Part shown: positions 28,540-41,280 of the stretch, in pieces
Layout: each line of letters begins with the position of its first letter
Numbering within the stretch: position 1 is the stretch's first letter
Assembly: GCA_951406725.2 (NCBI GenBank)
Contig: OX597838.1
Location: 12,896,001 to 12,960,000, forward strand
DNA: 64,000 nt
Source of the DNA: Octopus vulgaris
Taxonomy: Eukaryota
Reading direction: 5' to 3'
Notes under the pieces: generated by a model
What the model saw: the letters and a program-made list of their open reading frames with translations, nothing else
The model's database searches: none
What the model was told of the DNA's origin: nothing
Translations under genes and position numbers: made by a program

Positions 28540-28826
28540 TATCATCATCATCATCATCGTTTAACGTCCGTTCTCCATGCTAGCATGGGATGGATGGTTC
28601 GACCGGGGATCTGGGAAGCCAGAAGGCTGCCCCAGGCTCCGGTCTTATCTGGCAATGTTTCTACAGCTGGATGCCCTTCCTAACGCCAACCACTCCGTGA
28701 GTGTAGTGGGTGCTTTTTACATGCCACCAGCACAGGTGCCAGGCGAGGCTGGCAACGGCCACGATCGGATTGGTGCATTTTACGTGCCACCTGCACGGAA
28801 GCCAGTCGAGGCTGCACTGGCTTCTG
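28540..28826 (-). mobile_element. family C RTE-tail element
   Basis: Matches 1101-1400. Confidence 0.8.
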
Positions 28827-29099
28827 CAAAAGACAACACCGCTTGTATGAAGGTGATGCTCATTTACAACCATCACATGATGTCAAGGCATGCGTACACA
28901 CAAACACATACATTGGGCAGACTGGACTGTGTTGCACCCTTGAGACAGGTGCTTCATGTTTGACTGGAGTATTTCTTTGTAAACTGCTTGGTTAAAACTT
29001 GATGGTTTCTGATACTCTTTGAAGTAACCACTTACATTTATACAGTTGAAGTAGATGATGATGATGATGCCCTGGATGATGCAGCTTTCTTCTTTTCAT

Positions 29100-29480
29100 C
29101 CCTTGTTTCAGTCATTGGACTGCAACCATGCTTGACCACTACCTTGAAGGGTTTAGTTGAACAAATTGACCTCAGTACTTACTTTTCTTTAAAGTTTGGT
29201 ACTTATATCAACCACTTTTTGTTGAACTGCTAAGTTATGGGGACATAAACAAACCAGCACTGGTTGTCAGCTGGTTGTGGGGGAGACAAACACCCACAGG
29301 CACACACATATATATCAATGGGCTTCTTTCAGTTACCATTTATCAAATTCACTCATAAGGATTTTGTCAGCCTGGAGCTATATTATAGTAAAAGACACTT
29401 GTCCAAGGTTCCATGCAGTGGGGCTGAACTCTGAATCATGTGGTTGGGAAGCAAACTTCTTGCCACACAGCTATGCCTGC
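29100..29480 (-). mobile_element. SINE family A, old copy
   Basis: Diverged reverse match over full length. Confidence 0.75.
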
Positions 29481-32400
29481 GAGGAATGTTTAATTATTAG
29501 AAATTTGCTTCCATCATTCAGACACACAAAATCCGTCACTGATAAGTTTTTAGTTTATCTCTTGGTTTGGAAGGAAGGGTTATGCTAATAATTCTTTATG
29601 TGACCTCTAAGACTGATGGGTTGGAGGGAGATATTCTGAAACCAAAGAGAACAGAATGGACTTTGTGGAAGACACCCAAGTGCCAATTTGTAGTGTTGTA
29701 AAGGATGTCGGTTCAAGTCCACCACTCATGGTAGGCCATGGTGGGACTTGAAACTAGAATGCTAAGAGCTGGAACAAATACAAGGTATTGTGTCCAACAT
29801 TGTCCACTGCCATATGCTTGATTCTTTGTTGACCCCCAAAGAATGAATGGCAAAATTGACTTTGGCGTGATTTGAACTCAGAATGCAAGAAGTTGGGATG
29901 AATGCTGTGAAGCATTTTGCCCGACGCTCTACCAACTCTCTCAGTTCACCAATTCTCCAAAACAGATGTGTCCCACTCTGAACTACTGGTCACATGTCTT
30001 GACTGGAACAGCTGTTGCACGCATGAACATTCTAAACCGTGTCTTTATCCTCTGAATCATGTACAACTAGTTGGGCAATTGATTTGTCAGAAACAACAGC
30101 CTAATTTATTTTAGCCTTCTCCATTTTGAGTTAAAATTTTGCTGTGGTCAACTTCGCTTTTTATCCCTCCTAGGTCGGTAAAAAAAAAGTACCTTTCAAA
30201 TATTAGGGAAGTTTCAATCGACTAATTCCCCACATTCTTCTAAAATTGTTGGTCCTGTGCCTAAATTAGAAACACCTTCCTCAAATTACATACGCAACAC
30301 TTTTGATAATGTAGTATTGTATATACAAAAAGAAAAAGAAAAAATAGAATGGACGACATGATCACGGTTGAAACGCTTTTCATCAAAGGTTTCTCTCCAG
30401 CTGATTATCAAACTTTCGTTCACTAATTTCTCATAACATGTAATACAATCCTTAATTCCGAAAACCGAAAGTCTATTTTCTCACCGAGGTCGTCTGCACG
30501 TCAAAGCTGGCGTTTGGCGCCAAATTATTCGTACGCTTGTGATTTTATTGTCTGTCTTCATTCCACTTCATTTACTAATTTATTACTATATAAATAAACT
30601 ATAATTTTATTTAAAGCCTGCATTCATCCCATTGAGTGTGATTATTTATAAACAAATTGTGCAAAACTTTTCCCAGGCTGTGTTTATGTACCTTTACTCG
30701 ATGTTTGGTTATGTAGGTGTCGTGTTTAATGTGTATTTTTAGATTATTCTAAGCTAACCAGTGATATTTCATTCATAATTATAAATTGGTAAAAACCTCC
30801 ACATAACCTAGTAGGCCGGGCCTATGAATACACTGTTATATTAACCCTTTGAGCTCAAAACCTGAAGTTCAACCGATGATCGAGACTAACACAAATCAGA
30901 ATTTTGCTTTCAAAGTTGGTGGTGGTTTGGGTCGACCAAAGTTATTCCTGGGAATTGTGTCTTATAATCAAGGATATACCCTATGAATATAATGTACTAC
31001 CATTTCCAAAATCCGAATCATGCCTGATCCCAAGAGATTACATACCTGTATGTTAGTGTTTTCTGTAAGCACACATTAAAAAACCATCCTCGAGTCACAC
31101 TCTATGTACCGTTTTAAAATAGGAAATGACTAGTTTAACAATGTTGTCATAGACGAACGTAAAAAGTTGGAGTGGTTACGGTTGGAATGTCTTTTGTTTG
31201 ATCTGGGTTGGGCTCAAGTTACAACAGTCTTGAGCTCACCATTCTGGGATATCTTGGAGTGCACACGTACAATACTGATTACACATCACATATATCTACT
31301 AGATATATTTGTAGATATATATATATATATATGATGGGCGTCAGTATGCATGTGTGCGCGCTCACCCTTGTTTTTTAGGGGTTTTTTTTACATTAAATTT
31401 CGATATAATCGTAATCTACACCACCTGAAAGATATCTATAGAAAATATTTTTTGAAAAATATCAATTTTTCTGAAAGTTATGAGGAAACAGTGGAGAGGG
31501 TCAATCTTGTGAAGGTATTTCATAAATAATAATTTCTAAAACCAACCCGAGCAACAGATATTGGGGTGGTGGTGGTGGTTATAGTCGTGTACTTGACTAG
31601 TATTTGCTTCATTGATCCATGAAGGACGATCGCTTAAATTGAACTTGAAACGTAAACACACGTAACTAGATGTTGCGAAGGCTTTTTTGTCCGACGCTTT
31701 ACCGCTACCACCAATTCACCTGATATAGACACAAAACCAGATATTTTAATTTCATTTGGAAGAGAAGCAATGAATCTGTCGATTATTGTATCCCAGTACA
31801 TAACTGTTTATTTGTTTCATTCATTGGACTGCAGCCATGCTGGGACATCGCCTTGAAGGGTTTTGTCGAGTAAATCGCCAGATCACCGTTTTGCCATGCG
31901 TGGATAATAAAATAAAGAACATAGAATTACACTCACACACACACTTGCATATAATTAGCTTATTCACCACTACTTCTCGTCGAAATCTTAGCGATCTCTT
32001 GCGCACATCTCGGATTCCAGGGAAATGCTGCTCTATTTTACCTACCCACAAGTCGACTTTGGGGATATTTTGAACTTACAACATAAAGGGAATTAAAACT
32101 GCAAACATTTTCTCCAATGCTCTAACGATTTTACTAGTCCACCGCAATAGAAGTCCCATAAATCTATTAAATAATTCTTTTTAATTTCGGCACAAGGCCA
32201 GTAGTTTTAGGGGAAGGCGTAAGTCGATTCGTCGACCCCCAGAACTTGACTGGTACTTCATTTCGTCAACCCTGAAATGATGAAAAGCAAAGTTGAACCT
32301 AGGCGGGATTTGAACTCAGAACATAAGGAGTCGGAGGAAATACAATTAAGCATTTTGTTCGATCCACCAACGATTCTACATGCTCGACACATTGAAATTT

Positions 32401-32699
32401 ATTGAACAATCCTTTCTACTATCGGCGCAAGGCTTGAAATTTTGTACAGGGGTACTAGTCAATTACATCGACTGGTACTTAATTTACCAACACTTCAAAG
32501 GATGAAAGGCAAATTTAACCTCAGCGGAATTTGAACCCAGAACAGACGAAATACTGTCCAGCGTGCAAAAAAAAAGTACCGATTATAACGACGTGGGTTC
32601 CATCTTATCCAATCAACGAAATAGCTTGTGGGTGAAATTACCCCCTATCCCAAAATAGTAATTTGGGGAAACCAAAAGTTGAAACCAATATTTTTTGAG

Positions 32700-32813
32700 T
32701 GTTAAAAGTCGCCAATAGTCGATTAGTTTAATTGGTTTTGTGGGTACTGGATAGGTGGGGGCTTATATGGCGCTTGTGTGACCCCTTTCTCAAATGGATT
32801 CAACCAGGTAAGT
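32700..32813 (+). promoter_or_regulatory. candidate promoter / first exon with strong splice donor
   Basis: CCAAT/ATTGG boxes, YY1-like atggcg, ATG at 32794 and consensus donor CAG|GTAAGT (GT at 32808). No downstream exon confirmed. Confidence 0.3.
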
Positions 32814-33228
32814 GTTTGCTAGTTTGTTAGATTGTCTGGGTGTGGTGAAGACACGGTCTAGAAATTTCGTACGCGTGCTTATATCTTTTTTTTTTCTTTT
32901 TTGTGGGGAAGGGTAATTCTCTCACCTCTTCTCTGTAACAGCTGTTCGTTCCGTCCTCGCTAAGTGAGCAAGCAACAGTACCTCTCGCGTGGAACGCACA
33001 TATGTCTCCTTGTGGAGAAAAATCTTCAACTTAGCTTTGGTACAGAAGTTTTCGGTTTACTGTTTTCTTTTGTTGCTTTTGTGAGGGGTGTTTTTTCTTC
33101 TTCTCCAAAACGAAAGTGTAGCTTTTACGATGCTATTTTGGTTAAGTTATAAACGTGAAAGGTCACCACAAATTTTATGTTATTTAATATGGCGAAGGTG
33201 CTGAGCTAGCAGAGTTTTTAGCACACCG

Positions 33229-33633
33229 GGATCTTTTCGGTTTGAACGGCAGTTTTTAAAAATAATTTCCACGTAACTAAACACTTTTAAACTTCGTATA
33301 CGGGTAGAATGTGTTTATAAAACATCTTTTTCTCTTGGCTTTATTGAGAAAATTCCATAAGTTTGTAAGATATTTTTTTTTTTTTTCTGCAATTTCAACC
33401 AATCAATAACGTCTATTGAGGTGAAAACATTCTGTGCCGTATGAATATGTCCCTCGTTTAAGAAACAGATTGGGTTTATTTACATTTCTGAAGAAAAAAA
33501 ACACCATTCCCCCCACCCCTAACTAACCCTAAAACAGATTGAAATGCAATAGATCGATACTAGGATCATAATTATGGGTGACAATTTCATATGACACCGC
33601 TAGAAAAAACTGCCGTTCAAACCGAAAAGATCC
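33229..33633. mobile_element. Merlin-like MITE (family 1)
   Basis: ~29-bp TIR ggatcttttcggtttgaacggcagttttt; 8-bp TSD gcacaccg (33221-33228, 33634-33641). Confidence 0.85.
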
Positions 33634-33651
33634 GCACACCGGAGTGTGAAA

Positions 33652-33950
33652 GCACGTGGCTTAGTGGTTAGTGTATTTGGCTCGTTAGGTCGTGTGTTCG
33701 GTTCCCAGCAGTACGTTGTATCTTTGAGTAAGACCCTTTATTTCTCGAAGCTCCAGTCGCTCAGCTGTCAAAATTGAGTTATCTGCATTTCAAAGAGTCA
33801 GCTTCGTCACATTCTGTATCACGCTAAATCTCCCTGAGATTAAGGGTACGTATACCTGTGGGGTGCTCAATCACTTGCACGTTAATTTCACGAGTAGGCT
33901 GTTTTGTTGATCGGATCAACTGGAACCCTCGTCGTCATAACCGACAGAGT
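33652..33950 (+). mobile_element. tRNA-derived SINE, distinct family E
   Basis: A-box tggcttagtgg and B-box-like gttcggttccc, followed by a central domain (cacttgcacgttaatttcacgag...tggaaccctcgtcgtc). A tail fragment also occurs near 32590. Confidence 0.7.
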
Positions 33951-33984
33951 TAATACATCGTATGCTCGAAATAAGGAGTAGAAG

Positions 33985-34370
33985 GACAGCCAACAATCCT
34001 TGATCTTACCACTCTTTCAAATACTTTAATGATGTGGAAGGTGAGTGAGATTGGGCGATAGTTGACTGCGAGGGATGTTTCCCTGTTTGAAAACCGGGAT
34101 GACAGACTGGGATAGGAGCTGTTTCGGTATATAACCTGAGGTTGGTCAGAGGGACTGCAAGTTGGTGTCTGCATTCCTTCAGGAGACTACCCGTGAATCT
34201 ATCAGGGCCTACAGCAGAATAGTATTTGACTTCATTTATTGCTGCTATGATGTCTGAAGCAGTGAAGGTTATGTCCGAGATTTTATGTTGGGAATCAACT
34301 TCGTTCGTTTCTCTCACGCCAATATCAGTGGGATCACTAAACACAGAGCAGTATTGTTTCTGCAGTAACA
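33985..34370 (-). mobile_element. CR1/L2-group LINE ORF2 fragment
   Basis: Minus frames give SAVGPDRF..LLKEC and AVNYRPISLTFHIIKVFERVVRSRI (start of the RT domain), frameshifted. Confidence 0.85.
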
Positions 34371-34728
34371 ATTCCTGGGACCACGCCTGATGCTTTTTTA
34401 AGAATAATGAAATTGTACTTTACAAAAGTACAGAGTAACCCACCAGATTACTCTATGACTAGTTTCATAGAGTAATCTGATGGGTTACTCTGTACTTTTG
34501 TAGAAAATAAGCATCAGGCGTGGTCCCAGGGATTTTTCGAAGAGAGGCCACAAGGTCAGACGGGAATACAATTCCAGAAGAAAAAGGCGTAATAGCATTA
34601 CTTAGAAGAGCGCACTTCTTTTCTTGAGGCGGACACGTGCCCCTCAGCTCCCCACCCCTTTGGGTGCGCCCCTGAGAATATTATTGACGGTGACGACGGT
34701 TTATCTAGCCGAAACTTCGTAGTACTCT

Positions 34729-35035
34729 CAGGAGTGGCTGTGTGGTAAGTAGCTTGCTTACCAACCACATGGTTCCGGGTTCAGTCCCACTGCGTGACAA
34801 CTCGGGCAAGTATAGTGTCTTCTACTATAGCCTTGGGCCTTGTGAGTGAATTTGGTAGACGGAAACTGAAAGAAGCCTATTACATGTGAGTGTGTGTGTG
34901 TGCGTGCGAGTATATGTTTGTGTGTCTGTATTTGCCCCTCCAGCATCGCTTGACAGCCGATGCTGGTGAGTTTACGTCCCCCGTAACTTAGCGGTTCGGC
35001 AAAAGAGTCCGATAGACTAAGTACTAGGCTTACAA
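34729..35035 (+). mobile_element. SINE family A, 3'-truncated
   Basis: Match ends after gcttacaa. Confidence 0.85.
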
Positions 35036-35696
35036 GGTTTGTTAGTGTTCACGAATTTATTGTGAGGAAGCAACAAAAATGCTTACGAGAAAAAGTGACA
35101 CACGCTGACACGTGTGTAATGATACTATAAACGTCTGTTTTGGCAGATTAATATTAATATATTCATTGTAGAAAGGGAGGGTTTGTAGTATTTGTCTATT
35201 GTGTGTTTGTGTGTGTGTGTGTGTATTACAACTTGTCCTGACAAATCTGGCTGAAGAAGAAAAAAATCCAGTCATACATGTTTTGGTCTGTTGTAAGTCA
35301 CGTTTTTGTAGTCGTTGATGATGTCTTGATGGTGACGGTAGTGTAGATTCAAGCCAACGTTATTTGAGTACACCGACGCATTCACACACCACGCTGGGGG
35401 TTCGACCTACTGACATATTCAGTATTTCGGATAAAACGTGTTCCGTTCTCTGTTTAGTTAATGAGAACGTTACATGCAGCCGCGTAACCCTCGGTCAGCT
35501 GTGCTTAATAAACTCTTTGCTTATCCAAAACATTTTCATAAATCTGTCCAAAACATCCGTGCTTGTTAGCCTTTGCTTTACACGTTCTGAGTAATATAAT
35601 AAGTCTTTCGTTTCATGAGTCACAAGTTACTCTGTTGGTTGGAAAAATTGAAAATGTGTATCATGTGTTGTGCATGGACGCCAGGGAATTATGTTC

Positions 35697-36129
35697 TATG
35701 TATCTCATGTGATACACAGGATAGACAAAGGGTTATTTGAAATATACGATTTAAAAAATTATATTGAGTACTAACTGAAATACATAAGGGTCTCTTAATT
35801 ATAACCCTTTACCTATCCAAAGCATTCTCATATGTATCTCATGTGATACACAGGATAGACAAAGGGTTATTTGGAATATACGATTTAAAAAATTATATTG
35901 AGTACTAACTGAAATACATAAGGGTCTCTTGGCGATCTTTCGTCTCTAGTAGAAATTTTTTTTTACATATGGGCTTGCGGGAACTTTTGAAGTAATATAC
36001 ATACATATACACATACACCGAGTAAAAAATTTCAGTTATCTCTTTCTTTCACACATTACTCTGTCTCTTCACACACACTAACAGAAGCACTTCACTTACA
36101 CAACATACTGTCTGTCTCCCACACCCCAT

Positions 36130-36167
<38 letters not shown>

Positions 36168-36385
36168 CATCAATGCTTCCCATGCACGGTAACTTCAAAA
36201 GAACTTCCCTCGTCATACAATCGCTTTCTCTTAGTCTCTTTCGCTCTCATTACTTCAAAAGTTCCCGCAAGCCCATATGTAAAAAAAAATAAAATTTTTT
36301 TACGGAAATCGACGGAAAGGTCTACTAGAGACGAAAGATTGCCGGTCTCTTAATTATAACCCTTTACTTATCCAAAGCATTCTCA
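35697..36385. repeat. 134-bp tandem duplication, second unit interrupted by a MITE
   Basis: Unit 1 is 35697-35830; unit 2 is 35831-35930 plus 36352-36385. Confidence 0.9.
35931..36343. mobile_element. Merlin-like MITE (family 2)
   Basis: TIR ggc(g/a)atctttcgtctctagtaga; 8-bp TSD ggtctctt (35923-35930, 36344-36351); ~40-bp subterminal inverted repeats. Confidence 0.88.
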
Positions 36386-37001
36386 TATTGTTAAGCCCTA
36401 AACGTCTATGCTTGTTTTCAGACTTAGCCCTTGTCCTGCACCTGACACGCTAGCGTTGCTTGAAGTGGGGGTGACAGTGAGTTGTCCGCCCCGGGAAGCA
36501 CTTTTAAAGTGGAGGCATTTTTAGATCTGCTGTAGGCAATGTTTTTGTGGGGTCCGGGGGTGGCACACACTCTAGCTACGCTGGTGACAGGAGAGGCAAA
36601 GGTTTAAACAAATACTATGCTTTAAAAAGCGTCCCGGTCGTAGCAAACTCCATTTTTATTCAGATAAAAACAGTAATAGCAATTTCGGGAGCCTCTACGT
36701 CAGTGATGGCAAATCTTTTTTATGAAGGCATTTAATAACTGAATGGAGGAGGAATGCAGTGTTAGTTGGGACTTAGCATGTTTCGAGCTTGTTAGGCCTC
36801 GTCAGCGAAGCAAAGTGTCAGTTGTACTTAATCGAACCTAGATTACATGGCGGCAGAAAATGATAGTGACATACAAGTCATCGAGGGAGCTTCTACGTGG
36901 TCACTTCACCTGTTAGAAATAGCAGGCAGATCTCCAAACAACACAAATCCCATCATCTTAACAGAAAGAAATAACACCTATCATATAGTCCTAGATACTT
37001 G

Positions 37002-37046
<45 letters not shown>

Positions 37047-37524
37047 CAAAATAAAACGATTCTTCCACTTCAAAATTCCTCTCTCCGGGGGTGGTCATGG
37101 CTGAAATGAATTTGATACATTTGCTCAATCGAGTTTGACCTGGTGTTAAACAACATAACACATCTACCCGATCAGGGCTGATCTGAGGCACTACAAAAAT
37201 CACAATAACAGCAAATTCGTTTGTTTCATCTGATATTTCCTCTCTCTCTCCTTTATTCCCACTCTTGTCTCTTATTTAATATTCATTGTGTCACGTTGAC
37301 AAACTATCTCACCCATTCTTACTCCATTGTACTCATATCTGGAGCTGTTTCTAAACAATCATATTTTTATTTGATTTAGAATAAGAACAACAAATGCCAA
37401 GAAATTTCTCGGTCTACGGCGGTTGTCTTCTGACACTTGGTCTTCATTTGCATATTAAAGCGGGCGCGGGCGTGTACACATACATACATATGTATATACA
37501 CACATACGTTTACATGTGTGTGTT

Positions 37525-37882
37525 TTAAAAATGGGGAAGGCCTGTTTATGGGATCACCCAGGGTTTCCGTCCGTAAAGGGTTTAGCTTTATGGCATATCG
37601 TCTGACCACAAAACCGTAGGCCAACATAAGGCGGCGAGCTGGCAGAATCGTTAGCACGCCGGGCGAAATGCGTAGCCGTATTTCGTCTGCCGCTACGTTC
37701 TGAGTTCAAATTCCGCTGAGGTAAATTAAATAAGTACCAGTTAGCACGGGTCGATATTGATTAATCCGTTTGTCTGTCCTTGTTACCCTGGGTAGTAAAG
37801 AAATAGATACGCCATAAAGCTAAACCTTTTATGGACGGAAACCCAGGGTAATCCTATAAACCGGCTTTCCCCCCGTTTTTAA
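37525..37882. mobile_element. MITE/foldback with ~75-bp TIRs containing a family B SINE
   Basis: 37527-37600 is the reverse complement of 37806-37880; SINE B at 37628-37805 lies inside. Confidence 0.8.
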
Positions 37883-38532
37883 TATATATACCGCTCTACA
37901 TCTTAGAGTGTGCTTCACTGGATCTATGTGTTCTGCAAGCGATATGTGTGTGTGTGTTTGTGTGTGTGTGTATGCATCTGAGTGCGCGCTCGCGAGCTGT
38001 TATTTCTTGCAGATTAACCAACTACGTAAGAGGCTGTCATTGAAGACGGTGACAGAATCCATTCAGTACTGCATCAATAAAGTATTTGGTTGATTTAATC
38101 CCACCACCAATATTGCAACCCGACCTCGTGTCACATTTATCATTCAATTGGTTTACATTCTTTCTTTTTTCTCTCTTCTTCCTTTCTCTTTCTTTCTTTT
38201 CCTTTTTTCCCTCCTCCTCCCCTTCCTCTTCCTCTCATCATCATCATCGACGTCGTCGTAAAAACTCGAATTGATGGCAATAACATTAAACAAGGATTGG
38301 TCCTAACTCGATCGTTCACCGTCAGCAGCAGCAGCAGTCGTAACCGGATCTGGTTTGGCTGGTTTCTTGTTCGTCGGCATCCATTACAATATCTTCACTG
38401 ATGAGAATTTTACGTGGATTGGTTGATATTTACTATCCTTGTGTATATCATTATAATGTATGTCACCAAAAAGTCGGTCCAAGGATCTTAGTCTTAATAT
38501 AATTGCGTTCACATCTAGAATGCTTTTATAAG

Positions 38533-38728
38533 ACTGTTTTACTGTTTTACTTGTTTCAGTCATTTGACTGCGGCCATGCTGGAGCACCGCCTTTAATCGA
38601 GCAAATCGACCCTGGGACTTATTCTTTGTAAGCCCAGCACTTATTCTATCGGTCTCTTTTGCCGAACCGCTAAGTGACGGGGACGTAAACACACCAGCAT
38701 TGGTTGTCAAGCAATGCTAGGGGGACAA

Positions 38729-38780
<52 letters not shown>

Positions 38781-38938
38781 GACGGGCTTCTTTCAGTTTC
38801 CGTCTACCAAATCCACTCACAAGGCTTTGGTCGGCCCGGGGCTATAGCAGAAGACACTTGCCCAAGATGCCACGCAGTGGGACTGAACCCGGAACAATGT
38901 GGTTGGGAAGCAAGCTTCTTACCACACAGCCACGCCTG
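38533..38938 (-). mobile_element. SINE family A
   Basis: Full-length reverse match. Confidence 0.9.
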
Positions 38939-39229
38939 TTATCCAAATATGTTATATTTTTATGTGGCTGTATATTGCATTCTAGTAATATTAAATAATG
39001 GTATAAATAGTAACTTTGATCCAAAGGATATAACTCAGTTTTGATTTATTAAAATTAATTTTTGTTTTATTTACTTGAAAATCCAAACTTATTTATTAAG
39101 CATTTCAGCTTATGTTTGCATTTAATTTTTCTTTCATCCTGAGCATTAAGCGATGTTGTTTTAGCCATAAAATCTCCATGAATTCGTGAGTACACAACAG
39201 ACAGAACTTATTCCCTATTCTATATGAAT

Positions 39230-39880
39230 TCATCATCTTCATCATCGTTTAACGTCCGTTTTCAATGCTAGCATGGGTTGGACGATTTGACTGAGATCTG
39301 GCGAACCAGATGGCTGCACCAGACTCCAATCTGATCTGGCAGAGTTTCTACAGCTGGATACCCTTCCTAACGCTAACCACTCCGAGAGAGTAGTGGGTGC
39401 TTTTTCGTGTCACCGGCACGAGGGCCAGTCAGGCTGTACTGGCAACAGTCACTCTCAAATGGTGCGTTTTATGTGCCACCTGCACAGGAGCCAGTCCAGC
39501 GGCACTGGCAATGAACCTCGCTCGAATGCTTTTTCATGTGCCACCAGCACAAGTGCCAGTAAGGCAACGCAGGTAATGATCACGCTCGAATGGTTTTTTT
39601 ACATGCCACTGGCGTGGAGGCCAGCTTGTTGCTCTGGCAACAATCTCACTTGTATGGTACTCTTAGTGTTCCACTAGCACGGATGCCAGTCATCGAATTT
39701 GATTTCGATTTCGCTTGCCTCAACAGGTCTTCGCAAGCAGAGTTTAGTGTCCAATAAAGGAAAGGTACGCATAAGTGGGCTGGTTACACATCTGGCATAG
39801 CTCACAAGGTTATGGTCTCATTTGAGCTTGCCGAGTCTTCTCATGCACAACATATTTCCAAAGGTCCCAGTCACTAGTCA
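39230..39880 (-). mobile_element. family C, longest copy (RTE-like 3' UTR with internal tandem sub-repeats)
   Basis: (CAT) tail, ~5 units of tgcttttt.cgtgccacc.gcac...ctggcaac, then additional unique LINE-like sequence. Confidence 0.8.
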
Positions 39881-40463
39881 TAACGGACAAATATCCCACT
39901 ACTACAATCACCATCACCACTCAAAATATTAATGAAATTTTCCCCCTCCATTCCCGTTATTAACAAAACGACAGAAGAGTTTTGTATCGGTGTAATTCTT
40001 CTTTCTTCACCATGGTGTTGGACAAGTTTAAAAGAATTAAAAAAAAAGAAAAAAACTTAATTTGTTTTCTTGATTAGATGGTCTGCTACTTTTGAATGGT
40101 CTCCTCTCTATGGAGGTATTGAAGCCAGATCAAAAGGTGTAGATTTAATGGCACCGGATATAATAATCCGCGGTGTTTCAATTAGCTTGGTGCCGATCTT
40201 AATTGTATGAGGAAAACTATGTGAATACTGTATGGAACTACATGAATATTGAATGTGTATGGACGCCATTTTGAACACTGAATAATCAAAATCAGATTAA
40301 AATATGATTGGTCATTGAGCTAATGTTTTCTTCTCACCGCATAAATATTATTAATTCATTAGATTTTTCCGTTTGTCTCTCTCTGATTGCACTGGCTACT
40401 CAAAGCAAGACGATAATATATGGATGACGAGAATGCCATAATTTTTGTGCTCTCTCTCTCTCT

Positions 40464-40495
<32 letters not shown>

Positions 40496-40672
40496 GATAA
40501 AATCTTTCTCTCTCTCCAATTGCGCCCACTACTAAATGAGATGGTAGAACGCTTGCTTAGCATGCAAGTGGTATAAGGATCATTATTCGGATTCTCCAGG
40601 TACATAGATTTTGTTTTTGTAGTACACGTGACCATTGTATGCAATAGACTCATTATTATTAGAAAATCCCTT

Positions 40673-41280
40673 AAGGTGGCGTGCTGACAGAATCGTAAAC
40701 ATACCGGGTAAAATGTTTAGTGACAGTTGTTCTAAGTTCAAATTCCGTCAAGGTCGACTTCGCTTCTCATCCTTTCGGGGGTCGATGAAATGAGTATTAG
40801 TGAAGTATTGGTGGGGAAGCGATGAAATCGACTTTATCCCTCCCCCAAAATTTCACGTCTTGTCCCTATAATAGAAAGGATTATTAGGAAATGCCTTAAG
40901 GCGGCGTGGTAGCAGAATCGTCAGCACACCAGACAAAATACTTTGCAGCTTTCTTTCTGGTTCTACAATCTGAGTTCAAATGCCACCGAGGTCGAGTTTG
41001 CTTTTTATCCTTTCAGATTCGATAAAGTACCAGTTGAGCACTTGCGAGGATTTAATCGACTTGTCCCTTCCCTTAAAAGTACTGACCTTGGGTCAAAAAT
41101 AGAATAATTAGAAAATTCCTTGCGGTATTTGTTATTTTACTGTGTATGCGTGTTCTTAGTTCACATCCAGCCGAGGTTGTTAATTTTGCCTTTCATCTTC
41201 CCCGGAGTCGATAAAAGAAAACGTACTTGTCGAATATGAAATCGATTTAATGAACAAACCTCTCCTCCCGAATTCCAGGC
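40673..41280 (+). mobile_element. three tandem diverged family B SINEs
   Basis: Repeated aagg(t/c)ggcgtg..cagaatcgt heads and gttcaaat.cc..c.aggtcga cores. Confidence 0.7.

Noticed and set aside
36422-36590. Exon-like segment LSPCPAPDTLALLEVGVT with GTGAGT donor
   Set aside because: Mostly within a degenerate hAT-like MITE (ends resembling caccagcgtagctag); no independent support.
40078-40210. Open frame after an acceptor (WSATFEWSPLYGGIEARSKG...)
   Set aside because: No recognisable homology or confirmed partner exon; could be chance.
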